A DNA stretch of 64,000 nt. Origin: Octopus sinensis. Its lineage: Eukaryota. Below, in pieces: positions 26,234-39,906 of the stretch. The translations under genes were made by a program, and so were the position numbers. Numbering within the stretch: the first letter of the stretch is position 1; every line of letters starts with the position of its first letter. The notes under the pieces were generated by a model. The model worked only from the letters and a program-made list of their open reading frames with translations, was not told the DNA's origin and ran no database searches. The DNA is taken from NCBI RefSeq assembly GCF_006345805.1, contig NC_043009.1:2418001-2482000 (forward strand), written 5' to 3'.

Positions 26234-27487
26234 AGAAAAGAATATACAAGCTTGTTAAACAGTGAGTGGTTTGTTAAGTACAATGTAGTTCTGCTGTCTT
26301 GTTTTGTTAAAAGATGTTATAATCACTTGAGTTAAGACACGCAACTGCATCCGTTGATGGTGGTCCAGCACAAGATTTCTGCTCCTCACGTAAGGATTAA
26401 ATAGGCCCTGTCTGGCAAGGAATCGAATGACACAGGGAAAGCTTAATAAACTGATATCATGTAATGGTACTATTTGGAATGGGTTTCCATCAATGTCAAC
26501 GCCTATGAGAAAGCAGAAATAAGGAGAGAGAGAATGAGAGAGGGAAAAACAGAGAGAGAAGTGAGAGAGTAACAGAGACAGACAGTTTGACAGACAGAGA
26601 AAGAAAAAGAGTAAGTCCTCAATAGGTCGATGTAAAGTTTATGACTATATTTTATGTCGTGTGTTACTTATTTTGCATAATCTTAAGAAGGAACTAAAGC
26701 AGCCATGCTATTAAGCATTTAAGTGTGAGGTGGAACACATGTATCCTCTTGACAGGAAATTATAATCAACTAAATTGTTATTTACTGCGTTCCTGCAGCT
26801 AGTTACAGACATACGACGATACAACATTCTAAAATATTACTCTTCTAATTTAAAAAAAAAATCCTGCGTCTGACACAGTAAAATAGTCAAATTCCTCTCC
26901 TTTGCACCATCGTACTGTTACTCTCTTTAAATTAGAAGCACCTTGACCTCCCGCAGCAGACTGATATTTAGCTTTCTCAATCAACTTACTTCCCTTTCAC
27001 AGCAAATTTACTATCAAGGTAACCAGCTGTGCACTCTTCTACATAGATTCTTTGTTTTAATGTTCAGGACCTATAAAATTCTACCCAGCATTTGTAGATC
27101 CTATTCCTGCATTAGGTCTATCTCTCAGTCACATTTGTTTTTTTGCTTTCCTCGCTGCATCAAAATTACATCCTACATTTTCTTCTCCATTTCATTTAAA
27201 TGTTGTACAATCAAGATAATACGTCAAGCACATCTATAATCCCTGTCACGCTTTCCGATATATTTTGAACATTCACTGGTCTGTAAACATTCTTTTACAA
27301 CGAAATGCTGAAGGAGTTCACATATTTCACAAGAACTGGCTTATCTTGATGGGACAGACACCTTGCGAAAGACAATAGTAAATGCATGCCAATGCAACAT
27401 ATACTCTCACACATACATACGAACATACGTACATAATATATACATACATACATGCATACATACATATATGCATACATACATGCATAT

Positions 27488-27540
27488 TTTGTTGTTGTAG
27501 TTTCAGCTCATAGCTGCAGCTATGCTGATGTACCGGCGTT
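27488..27540 (-). mobile_element. 3' end fragment of the CR1-type LINE
   Basis: The reverse complement CGGTACATCAGCATAGCTGCAGCTATGAGCTGAAACTA resembles 17145-17181. Confidence 0.5.
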
Positions 27541-27565
27541 ATATATACATATATGCATACATACA

Positions 27566-27883
27566 TGAGACCCTCTTCAGTCGCGATACAGACCATGGGA
27601 TTGCACCTAGAAAGTTACCCTCCCAGGCACAAGTTCGGGGAAGGTTGTTTATGGGAGACCAGCAGTCACCCATGCATACCAGCCTCCCCTCTCCACACCA
27701 CTGATGTTACCCAAGGGAAAGACAAAGGCCGATACAGCTTGGCACCTATGATGTCGCAACTCATTTCTACAGCTGAGTGAACTGGAGCAACGCGAAATAT
27801 AGTTTCTTGTTCAAGAACACAACACGTAACCCGGTCCGGAATTCGAACTCACAAGCTCTAAACACTGAGCCATGCGCCTTCAC
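27566..27883 (-). mobile_element. tRNA-derived SINE (family B)
   Basis: The reverse complement aligns along its length with 21570-21890. Confidence 0.85.
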
Positions 27884-28588
27884 ACATACATACATATATG
27901 GTTATTTAATGCGGAACTTACTGCTCTTGTGCCCTGGTTAAAATCCTCATTTGTATTATCATAATAGGTGCATTAGGTTATGTAACTACAAATTTTCAAA
28001 AATTATTTTTAAATACAAGGTTTTTCGAGAAAAAAACTGTATCTGATTCTACGAATTGAATTTATTAGTGGTGCTGTGAATATTTGTAAGACATTCCAAA
28101 GATTCCCAATCGAGGCTTTCAGGTCACTAGATGTTCACACCCAAGTGTGTGCATCGACAGCTGAAACACCGGGAACTCTCTTAAATCCGAAAGGCTTCTG
28201 AATAGTTAGCAACCGGTTTGAACTCCCTTAAGAGTTCAAGGCAGTTGCTAGCAAAAGAACAAGACTTTCTGAGTTAAAAGCGACATACATATATTTGAAA
28301 CTGACCATTTGTGAATGAAAAGCCTGACCAGCATTATACTTGGTGTCTGGCAAATCGAATCTGTACAGATGTAGCATAATAGTGGTGAAGAGAGCTAACA
28401 AAATCTGTAATATAGTCAAATGACTGGAGTGAAAATACTATAGTTATTGCTTTTATTAACTGATAATGTATGAAAGACGATAAAACATTAAATAATTTCC
28501 TTATGAACAATTGCAGCGTGGAAGGTGTTTGTAAGCCATTTAAGAAACACACAAAAGCCGTTCGATTCACTTCAACATTTAAGTTTAA

Positions 28589-28639
28589 TTTGTCAAAATA
28601 TTTTCGTCGCTTTGAGACCGCGACCTGTTCACTGACAAA
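28589..28639 (-). ncRNA. Type-I hammerhead-architecture motif with G3-C8 swapped core (GUGAACA)
   Basis: Minus strand UUUGUCA-GUGAACA-G-GUCGC(GGUCUCAAA)GCGAC-GAA-AAUAUU-U-UGACAAA. Stem I is 7/7 bp, stem II is 5/5 bp and stem III is the palindrome AAUAUU. Confidence 0.6.
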
Positions 28640-28750
28640 AATCCGTTCTGGATTTATAGATAATAAACAACACTGTATCAAGGAAGCCAGATTTGGAAAT
28701 GCATTATCGTTTCATTCATCTGACAGATTTTTTACGCTTAGTAATGTTTT

Positions 28751-29200
28751 CTTATTTCTTTATTGCCCACAAGGAGCTAAACATAGGGGGAACAAACAAG
28801 GACAGACAAAGGGATTAAGTCGATTACATCGATCCCAGTGCATAACTGGTACTTAAATTCTCGACCCCGAAAGAATGAAAGGCAACGTCGACCTTGGCGA
28901 AATTTGAATTCAGAACGCAGTGGCGGACGAAGGGCGCAAAGCATTTCGCCCGACGTGCTAACGTTTCTTATTTCTTTATTGCCCACAAGAGGGTAAACAT
29001 AGAGGCGACAAACAAGGACGGACAAAGGGATTAAGTCGATTACATCGACTCCAGTGCATAACTGGTACTTAATTTATCGAACCCGAAAGGATGAAAGGCA
29101 CAGTCGATCTCGGCGGAATTTGAACTCAGTTCGCAGCGGCGGACGAAATATCCGAAAGCATTTCGCCCGACATGCTAACGTTTCTGCCAGCTCGCCGCCT
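28751..29200 (-). mobile_element. Head-to-tail dimer of SINE family D
   Basis: Reverse complement of the units at 25394-25815. The junction is at ~28968 and the complete head ends CTGCCAGCTCGCCGCCT at 29200. Confidence 0.85.
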
Positions 29201-30414
29201 TTTTCTAAGCTTGCTTAGAAATGTTTTCTGCTACACGTTTTGTATATTAAGAAAAACGTACAACTGTTCTTTTTGTAAATAGATGTTTTGTTTGTGAGTT
29301 TGTGCACTTGCGTGTGATTGTAGTAAATAAATGCTTACGAATTATGTGTGTATCTCAATGTATGTCTGAAGCAACGACTTTAGTATCATGTACGTGGATT
29401 TTTATCATTTCTGTAACAAGTAAAATGCAAACATCACGAAATAGGTAATATAATATATATTCTTTTTATAGTCGATCCAATTTAATGATTAAAAATACTT
29501 GTAACACTATATCTAACTAAGAGGAAACAAAAATATATTAAATACAGACAAGGATCTGGGAACAATTTATTGAGAAAACCATTAAGTGTATTACTCTTTA
29601 GATTCATGTATTCAATCAGATGATTGATTAATCCCTAGCCGCGAGGGATTAAAAAATAAAATAGGCTCGTTGCTAGTGTAGGAAAATGGAAAGAAATAGT
29701 TCTGGGATAAATATAACGGAGGAGATCATAAAACATGATTTTATAAATAGATGAATATAAGGCAGTGTTGCTTTAGGCTTCGTAATGCTAAGCAACTAAC
29801 AATTGCATTAGTCTATATACATATTGTAGTGGATTTCTTGCGATACAGCAAAAAATGTCTTTGATGGGATTCTATTTTCTGCTTTTGATATTTCGCTAAA
29901 TTTTCGGCTAGGTAAGCAACAGGAAGAAAAAGAAATGATGAGAGAATTACGAAGTAAAACCTATCATAGATACAGGGAAATTTACGTATATTTTTCCTTG
30001 CGGTGATCACCAGAGACTGAAACAATCTGGTTTATATATTTTAACGCAGTTTTGACTTAGAATAATGTGTATTCAAATTTCGTTATAGCTGTAATGCGTC
30101 TGACAGTGTTTCATTTTCGAAGGCCAATATTTTAAGCCATAAGAGAAATGAGGATGAAGGACTAAAGTCGAGTCTGCTGTCTCATGAAACAAATACGTAA
30201 ATAGATTATGTCACATATGAGGAATGTGAAATATGTAAACGCAAATTAGGTCATACAGGCGTTCTAAACTTCACTGCATTCAGTGGCGCATCATAGATGT
30301 ATACATTTTTATTGAAAACAAAACATACGTGTGTCATGGTTACAATTAAAACTTACGAGACACTTGCAGACGCAACAGCCTCAACAGAGTCAATGCTGGC
30401 CGTATGTACTCCAG

Positions 30415-30535
30415 GGAGGCGCGTAAACTAGTGGTTAGAGTGTTAGACTTATGGTCGTAAGATTATGGTTCCGATTCCTGGACCGGGCCACGCGTTGTTC
30501 CTTTTCACTAGCTGGCAAATATGAATACTCTTGCG
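30415..30535 (+). mobile_element. Truncated SINE head (family C-like)
   Basis: GGAGGCGCGTAAACTAGTGGTTAG...GGTTCCGATTCCTGGACCGGG matches the head of 25998-26233(-). Confidence 0.65.
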
Positions 30536-31298
30536 GTGAATGCGACGTCCCGTTGAGGTGGGGAATTTTTATACTCCATGGTAAGACGCGGGAAGGAAAC
30601 TTTACCTTACCTTTTAAATGTACGCGAGAAAGAAACATTCTTATAGTCAGTGAGATTTATATTCGTTGAACGGGTGGAAGGTGCCTAATATATTTCATCT
30701 TACCGTTGTCGGATTTTAATAGAAAAGTGAATTTTGAAAGAGGAAGATTTCAACGCTTAACGAAATATAGTGAACTTTTTACAAATAATTCCAGTTTCGA
30801 GATCCTATTGCTGGTTTGTTCTTTCTAAATTTCGAATTGCTTTTATAACTACAGATGGCCCAGGAATTACAGTAGAAGTCACTATCCCACATTGCATAGA
30901 TTTAGAATAAAAGCAGACTATAGATGCGAAGGCAAATATTTAACCAAACTACTGTGTCTGTTCCTGTAACATGTATATACACACACATACGCGCACACGC
31001 ACGTAGACGTACACAAATGCAGACATACACCAACACAACCCGACATACACGGACATACACATGCACGGATAAATCCATTAATACATTGATCGTTAGATGT
31101 TCTTATGTATCTGTTTTTTATCATTAAATTTGATTTTTATCGTGAGAATCGACATAAGCATATGTGAAACAATGACGTATATATATATATATATATATAT
31201 ATAGATATACGTGTGTGTGATTGTGTGTGTGTGGTGTGGTGCGTGTGTGTGTGTGTGCACTGGCGTGCGTGTTTGTGTAAGTACATATATATATATAT

Positions 31299-31329
<31 letters not shown>

Positions 31330-31586
31330 GGTTATGTATGTATAATGTGCGTGTGTACATCGCCTGAGAGAATGAATATTTTGAAAGATAGGATTAATTA
31401 TAGAGAAATAAGTATTTGTAGACGTATTATCGTGATAGAAAATAAAGAGAATGTTTACAGGGAATATATTAAAAAGTGAAAGTCGTGTCATCTTGGATAT
31501 GTATAAAATATTCAAATTCAAATAAATATGATATTTATATTCTTGAGTTAATTAAAGAAATGTATGTGTGTGGCTTATAAACATAC

Positions 31587-31634
<48 letters not shown>

Positions 31635-31796
31635 GTAGATTAACATTTATATTTAGATAGATAACAACATATGTACACACACACACACACACGCACATAT
31701 ATATGTCCGCTTAAGTATTTATCTACATGTGTTGCTATAGACAAATAATTAGACACACACATTCACACACTCAGACACACACACATGGATAATATA

Positions 31797-32977
31797 TACA
31801 CGCCATCCCATAAATAATGCGGTTTTGTTTATAATTCTTTTATTTTTGAATGTTGGGATAAACAAAGTTCTTTTTTAATCTAAAATATACTCTCCTTCAT
31901 TTTCTTCAATGCTCTTCTGTCTGTCTTGTAGATTTGCAAGGCAACTCTTCCAAAATTCACTTGTCCTGACCTCGTCTACAGAATTCATATCTTTTCCCTC
32001 CAAATGATTTTGGAGAAGGCGGAATAAATGATAATCAGATGGAGGAGCAATTTCCGGTGAATATGATAGTTGGGATATCGTTTCCGATTCAAAATGCTCC
32101 GGCCTTTAAAATATCATCCTCGCTGTACGGTCGTTTTTCTTAACCCGCTGAAACCGCTCGCAGCAGAACTCCTTCGTTATTGTTTGGTCTGGGTTTAAAA
32201 GTTCAAAGTGGAGTAAACCTTTCATATCCCACCAAAAAGATACCAACACCTTCCGTGGATGATATCCTTCTTTAGTCTGGGATACCGGACAATCTATTTT
32301 CCCTACCCACTGTCTTTGGCGTTCAAGATATTTTATAGAGAACCTATTTCTCGTCGCTAGTCACAATTCAGTCCGAAAATGTCCATTCGTGAGACGTGAC
32401 AGCAAAGAAGAGTACACGTTCGCTTTCTGCGCGCGTTTAGACACGGAAATTGCGTGAGGAACCCATTGACCCAATTTGTTGACTTTTCCGATGGCATGCA
32501 GGTGTCGATGAATGGTTGAATGACCAAATCCGAACTTCTCTGATAGTTCGTCAACAGTAACAATGGTATTTTGTTCCATAGGGTTTCCAGGACGTCCTCG
32601 TCGAGCTCTACAGATCTTCCAGTCCGGGGCATACCCTCTAGGCTGTAGTTTCCAACTTGGAATTCCTGGAATCGCCGTTGACACGGACTTGCGGTTTATG
32701 TCCGCTCCCCATTTGCTGCATTAATATTCTTCGTACTTTCCATTGCGTTTTTGCCTTTATTGAACACCTAAAATATGCCGAATATGTTCACTTCTATTAA
32801 CCTCGAGAAAATAACTTAACTCTGAACTGTACTCTTGAAAACTTGCACTATGAATAAGTACAAAGTAAAATTACCACCTGGTTATATAGCCAGCTGATGC
32901 AGCTAATTCATCTCGTACTCCTCCGACGTTTAGTTCATGCAATTGTAAAACCGCATTGTTTATGGGATGATCCAATA
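31797..32977 (-). mobile_element. Decayed near-full-length mariner element
   Basis: TIRs GCCATCCCATAAATAATGCGGTTT and AAACCGCATTGTTTATGGGATGATCCAA-TA. Transposase motifs appear in broken frames: GRSVELDEDVL, LGQWVPHAIS, IVTSDEK, VLVSFWWDMKG, YSPEIAPPSDYHLF. Confidence 0.93.
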
Positions 32978-33003
32978 GATACACATATGTGTGTTTATGT
33001 ATG

Positions 33004-33083
<80 letters not shown>

Positions 33084-36000
33084 CGTACTGATTCTGCCAG
33101 CTCACCAATTTAATATATCCGACTTTAGTTTCTAATCTCAAACTTATTGACCAGCGTTCTCCTCCTGATTAGAGATGTGCACAAAAATACAAAGAGAGTC
33201 TCACAATTACTACGATAGGCACACGTGCACTAGCTGTAGCTATATTTGTAGGTATGTGACTGTCTATTTATACATTCTTGTTCCCATACATATATAGATA
33301 TTACACACACTCACACACACACACTTAAATATGTAACGTATGCATGTATGCTTATATATTGTAAGCGACATGGGGATATATAAATTGATTGATAGACATG
33401 GATATTTATTGTTATGCAAATGGCGATTCTTGTAAAACCTCATAAATATTCAAGGTTTCGTAATATTATGTAGAAACTTGATTAGGTTGAAACATGCTTT
33501 GAGCAGGTTATTTTATATGTTTTCCTGCGAGGTGGGTTGAATTTTGATGTCGTAGTGATGTAAATAATGTGATAAGGATTTTAAAAAGAAATTGAAAATG
33601 CTGAAAAATATCTACTGTATGTATTAATAAAGCAGATGTAATGCAAACTGAAAACCGAATCAAACAGTAAACACACTAAGAATTAAAAAAGAAGGCAATA
33701 GACACACCAGCCATTAATGAGAATAATTTAAATACTCGATGTTCCTGTTCATATTTGTGCTGTTTTATTGTTATTAAGAGGATAGGAAAATTTAAATGCT
33801 TGTATGTAACTAGCAGAGATGTACACATAGATGGCGAATTTGCAAATTCCTCAAAGAATGGGATAGAATGCCTCGCATTCTATGCCTTAACTTTCGAAAT
33901 ATGAGTTCAAATCGCAAGCAACCAACGTTGCCTTTCATGTTTTTTTTCCCAAATCGGAAAACAAAAGAGAGAATAGACTAGCGTACTGGCTGGCTGGAAA
34001 TGTAACATCGTCGGAGAGGATTCCTTGCAGTTTCACTTCGAGTTCTGAGGATAACGTTTAGGATGCCAGTGATACCAAGCTGTATCTGTCACACTTTTCA
34101 ATGGGACGTTATTACCCCAGTAGAATAATAGGATTGCGTGTACGCATAATTGCTAGCCAGCCCAAAACATTTCCAAAACTACACTTAGAGAGGAATTTAC
34201 AAATACAGAATTCTACATTTAGTCAGAATTCTCCATTGGTCAATGTACGCGGTTTCTTCCGTCTTTGTGTTGAAACCCCTGAGAATGATAGACCTTGCCT
34301 TTCATTCTTTCGGGGTCTATAAAATAAATATCAGTTAAGAGATGGGAGATCAATGTAATTTTCTTGACCTCTCGTTTGAAGTTACTGGCATTCTAATATT
34401 TTTGCATGACCTTTCATCATCCAGGATTGACTAGAGAAGTATAACTTAACTAAAATCGATTACACACTTTTTAAATGAGCGATACAATGTTTGTTTTGAT
34501 TAATATTTGTTATTTTCATAAATAGCTCTAAAATATTGTTATATATTCTCTTATATACAAACGATATGTTTATATAATTAACTATAAGAAATGTTTTGTT
34601 ACCGGACTCGATAAGGAATCGTCATAGCAACATTTACTAGATTAACTCTTCATTCTGAGGATTCCCTCCAGCTTTCGGCAACGATGACGTCTGGTTCTTG
34701 CAACTTCTCCCGACGAATACAATGACTCATTACACGTTCGCACTTGCGATACAAAATGAACGCTGATTGTTTGAAATGGCATCATATTTATGACGTCATT
34801 CAGTTAGAGCTAGACGTTCCATATATGAATGTATGTATGTACGAATGTATGCATGTATGTATGTATATATACATATACATAAAATACATACATATATATA
34901 TATATATATGTAGGTATATACATGTCTGTGTGTATGTATTCATACGTATGATTAATACATCCATAGATACACATGCATATGCTCTTTTATATATAAGCAT
35001 ATGCACATTATATATATATATTTGTACACACATATATATATACATATATAAATATATATATATATATTTACATATATGTATATATTTATATATATATGTT
35101 TACACACATACATAAACATGTACTTATATATGTGTATATATATACATATATACTTACATATATATGTATATACATATATTTATTTATCTATATATATACA
35201 TAGACGCCCACGTATACATACACATGCCTACACGCACACACACAAACACTCACACATATATATATATGTGCGTGTGAATTCTAATTTACTTTTTTCACAC
35301 TTACCCTTCACATATATTTGAAAATACTATCTTCCTCTTCATCCTTAGTGGCGTTCTCATCAATGAATTATTTCGAGTTAAATTTTGCTATATATTTGAT
35401 GAAATTACCGAAAACTGGAAATAAACGATGGATATTTGTTGGAGCTTTGCTACAAATAATTTAGAAAATGTTGTAAAATAACAATAAATTGTAGGAATTA
35501 ACGACTTGGATGATGACAATCAGTATCCCGCAGTCAGTTACAGGCAGGTTACCACGTTCATCGGTTCAAGGTTTGCTCAGTAGGCCTCTTGCGCATCCGA
35601 TGTCGAGCCAATTGACATTATATATGATAGAAATCATCGTAATTGTGCAAATTCAAGTGAAACCTACGTTATTTATCATCAGTAGGGACGCGAAATGGCA
35701 GTCTAACTGTAATTTTGTATCACTAATCTTCACAGGTTATAAGTTCAGTGTAACTGCATTTGTAACGATGCCTATGCTTCCACGCAAGCTATTTTATTTC
35801 AAGTAATTTTTAATTCAACCATCTGTTTGTAATATGAAGTAGACTCATAACAATATGATAATTTGAAGAATTATTGTCTGGAATAAATATTTATGGTTCA
35901 CCTATGGCACATAATTATAACGAAAATTATGCATACACTGTAATTGCACATGTTTATTAAAATATTCTACGAAAATTTAATGTCGCTTATTAAAGGCTAG

Positions 36001-37125
36001 TCGCTTGACTGCGACAAGGTTTCAATTTCCTAATAAAACCCTTCATTTTATTTAATCTACCCCACGGAATATAGAAAAAGGCATAAACATGTTTTAGATG
36101 CATAAAACGACCTGGAGAATTGACTGAATAGTTGTAATCTTATTTGCCAATGTATTTTATTCCCAGTTGTATTTATTTCAATGATGCTGCTAACGACCTC
36201 AGAATGGTTTGAACGTTTCCTTCCTACCATTGACTATCATTTATAAAATTATCTTTTAGGAAATATATATTAATATTTGCTTTTTAAAAAATGCAAATTT
36301 TTATGGTTGGACACCACTGTAGATTATACGTGGTATATTTAATTATGTGATAAAAAATGTAATTGCAATTATTAAAACATTTAAAATTCCATCGTATATC
36401 ATATATCATGTTTAATGACCTGACACAATTTTTATACAAGTTATTCATTAAGTAAACGTTATGCATCACAAGTCGAATTTTATGATGTCTTGAAATTTAT
36501 AAAAAAGCAAACAAACAACAACTAATCATTAATTAATGTAAGTAAATTATTATATCATCAAAATGTAGTCAAATTTTAACCACAGATTAATCGGCAAAGA
36601 TTTTGTTTTCTTTCATTTCTGCATATAACGTATTTTATACGAAAGAGTTTTAGCAGTAATGTTTCTTTAAATTTTATAGTAGACTTATATGAATACAGCT
36701 TTAACTACCACGTAACATATACTTCCGTGAGCTGAGATTTTGAATTTGAAAGTCCCGTATCTCGAGATTTTATTCGATGAGAATATAGTAAGAGTTATAA
36801 ACCGGATTCAATTCAAGCTCACTGCCGTCTAAATAGATGGAATTTAGTTGATGCAAATTCAATTTGCTTCCATTAAAACTAACGCGGTTATAATCTGTGA
36901 CTGTAACATTTCCCAATTCACAAAGCCGACATAGGCCTGTTATGTTTGTTAGTGTTTGTTAGTCATATGAAATCATGCAAAATGAGAGGACTCATATTTG
37001 ATATAGCTTCTCATTTACGATAAATTTGAAAGTAAATTATAAAGAATCATACTGTTTTAAATAAAGAACTTGTTATCAAGTACAGTTAAAAATAACAAGG
37101 TAAAACTTAAACAGCAGAACGTATA

Positions 37126-38051
37126 TATTGGGCCATCCCATATATAATGCGGTTCTTTCTTTCTTCTTTTATTTTTCAATATTAAGATAAACAAAGTTCT
37201 TTAATCTAAAATATGCTGTCCGTCATTTTCCACAATGCTCTAACCATCTATCTGGTAGAGGTGCAAGGTCCCTCTTCCAAATTGCACTTGTCCGTGACGA
37301 AACATACTCCTACACACTGTTCTGACTTGGTCTACAGAATTCATATTTTTTTGTCCAAATGATTTTGAAGAATTCGGAATAAAAGATATTCAGATGGGGC
37401 AATGGCCGGCGAATATGGTGGGTGGGCATCGTTTCCCATTCAAACTGCTCCAGCCTTTGGAATGTCATCCTCACTGTGTGTGAGCAAGCATTATTCTGAT
37501 GGAAGAACACCTTTCGTCTTGGACCAAAGATTGTCATGTTTTCTCTTTTTTCTAGTGCAGGTGTTGATGAATCGTTGAATGACCAAATCCAAGCGTCTCT
37601 GCTAGTTCCTCAGGAGTTATGATGGGATTTTGTTCCACCAGATTTTGCAGGACGTTCTCGTTGAGCTCTACAGATATTCCAGGACTGGGCTCATCTTCTA
37701 GGCTGTAGCTTCCGGCTCGGAATTTCTGGAACCACCGTTGACACTGGCTTACGCTTATTGTCCGATCCCCATATACTGCATTAATTCCTCGCACTTTCCG
37801 TTGCGTTGTTGCGTTTATTGAATTCATAAAGCAAACTATGCTGAATATTTTTCTTTGTCACTTTCAGTGTAGCTTTGAAAAATAACTGTTAAAATCGAAC
37901 TGCACTCTCCAAAATTTGCACTAAGAATAAGTACAAGGTAAAAATGCTACCTGCCTTTATAGCAAGGTGCTGCAGGTAGTTTATCCCGTCCCCCACCGAC
38001 TTTTAGTTCATGCAATTGAAAAAACTGCATTACTTTTAGGATGACCGAATA
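37126..38051 (-). mobile_element. Internally deleted mariner of the same family as 31797-32977
   Basis: TA-TTGGGCCATCCCATATATAATGCGGTT and AACTGCATTACTTTTAGGATGACCGAA-TA. ORF 37552-37827 (INAVYGDRTISVSQCQRWFQKFRAG...GFGHSTIHQHLH) is joined to FFHQNNACSHTVRMTFQRLEQFEWET. Confidence 0.92.
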
Positions 38052-39906
38052 TTTGAATTATCTAATTCGGAGAAAAAAAGCGTAAGAGTAAGATTGAGGG
38101 GTGAGATTTGCACGGTTTCACTTCCGCCAGCGAACCGTAACCATGCTGGGTCACTGCCATTAAAAGGTGCACTTATAATTCCTACGATCCCCAAGTTGTC
38201 GCTCATTTAAGTACCAACTAGTCTCGAAGTTGCTCAACTTCGGAGGTCGGTGGTAAAACAGCTACATTTAACATCACATCCAAATATTCAACTTGACTAT
38301 CTCTGTGAAATCATTAATGCTTCTATATACTCTTTCCTCAAATGAAGTATCTATTTGTCAGAAAAGAATGAAAGATGGATTAGCTTAACTTACATCGGAA
38401 CAGCAGCAAAATTTGCAGGAGAAGAATTTATAATGTAGTGTCGATGTTCAACATTGGCATTTCATTTCCATCATATAACTAATAAATTAAGAAAGGATAG
38501 GAATACTTTTATCTTACGTCTCATACTTAAAATGCATAGGCTTCGTCACCAAGTCAAAACAATTGTTCAGATCATGAAAAACGCTGATTTGAAATATTAG
38601 CGAACTTCGCAAACAATGAAAACTTTATCCATGGTTGCAATTATTTTCCTATAATTAGCTATCTCAGTCCGCGGCGAATTAATCAAATACCCTGCAATTC
38701 CTTAATTAAAATAGGTTTAGTAAAAGATAATGAATGATAGAGGAATTATTTCCAATGGAATATAAGTTTGCATTCTCAAAAATATCTAAACGCCTTTAAC
38801 TATTATGATTGTGAAAGTGTGTGTGCTGGTGGTTGCAGCTATTAGCCTCATGACCACATTTTCTTAGGTTCAATTCCTGAGACACGCTGTATTTTATGCT
38901 TGCGTAATGCTTTCATTTCACGCTATGCAGTTGAAAATTAGTACCAGCCTCGTTTACTTTTCCAAGTCACACTTCGTTGAAGTTTTGTAGGTAAAATGAT
39001 TAGAAAACCAACAGCATCTGCGTCTGTCCTCCATCACATAATATTTAGTGCAATTAGGTAAAATATGGCGCTTTCGAATGACGTTTATGCTAGAAATGAA
39101 TTTTGTTTTTCTTAATGTTATTTCTATATCATCGTTATGGTGTGCAATCTTAAATATTTAGGAGCATGAAAACCTGAGTATTGCCCGGGTAATTATTAGT
39201 TGTCTGTTCTAAAAAGCACATGAAAACTTGGATGCAGTTAATTCAAGTTCATTCGCCTTTCTTATCCATATATCGACATGTAACTTTAATATGATGCATA
39301 TACATGTATAAGCGAACTAGTTTGATAATTGTTATACAAATTAGTTACTGAGGCTGTGTATTGTAGGAGATTATATAGGCATCACTGATTATGTGACAGA
39401 GGCTATTATAAAACCTCTCTACTCTGTTTTGTCTCTAAATGTTAGAGTATCGAGGTTTATAACAGGATTTTCCTTTAACAAATAAAGAGTGAATATTTAC
39501 ACCCTTCTTTTATTTGAAAAGATAACATTATGAGCGAATGTCACTCATCAGGTAACGTATTGAGAACTAACTTATCTGATGTATAAAAATAGTAAATGAT
39601 CCACACCGAAGTATAAAACAGGTTTGTTTCTTGCTGCGTCATCAACCATTGCTACGTTACGAACTTTCCAAACATATTTAACACTCAACGGCCTCGTCTT
39701 CCTAATGCTATGTCACAGTTAGAGGGTTAAATCTTCACTAATGGAAGTGAAAATAACACTGCAAAATTGAGCAATGCATTATTAGCTTACATATTTCTCT
39801 TTAAGTAATTCACGGATGTGTATGGTGAGCAAATATCTTAATACCATTACAATTATCTCTTCTCCAAAACAATTATTAGCATTTATTTCAGCTACTTGGT
39901 AATAGT

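Noticed and set aside
28470-28856. 128-aa + strand ORF
   Set aside because: Runs across a repeat containing the hammerhead-like motif and into an antisense SINE; not gene-like.
29830-29911. Open frame WISCDTAKNVFDGILFSAFDISLNFRL between a TAG and a GTAAGC donor
   Set aside because: Weak polypyrimidine tract, an earlier AG after the branch-like CTAAC, and no homology.
35495-35547. GINDLDDDNQYPAVSYRQ, phase-compatible with the 43258 candidate
   Set aside because: Purine-rich acceptor and weak GTTACC donor.
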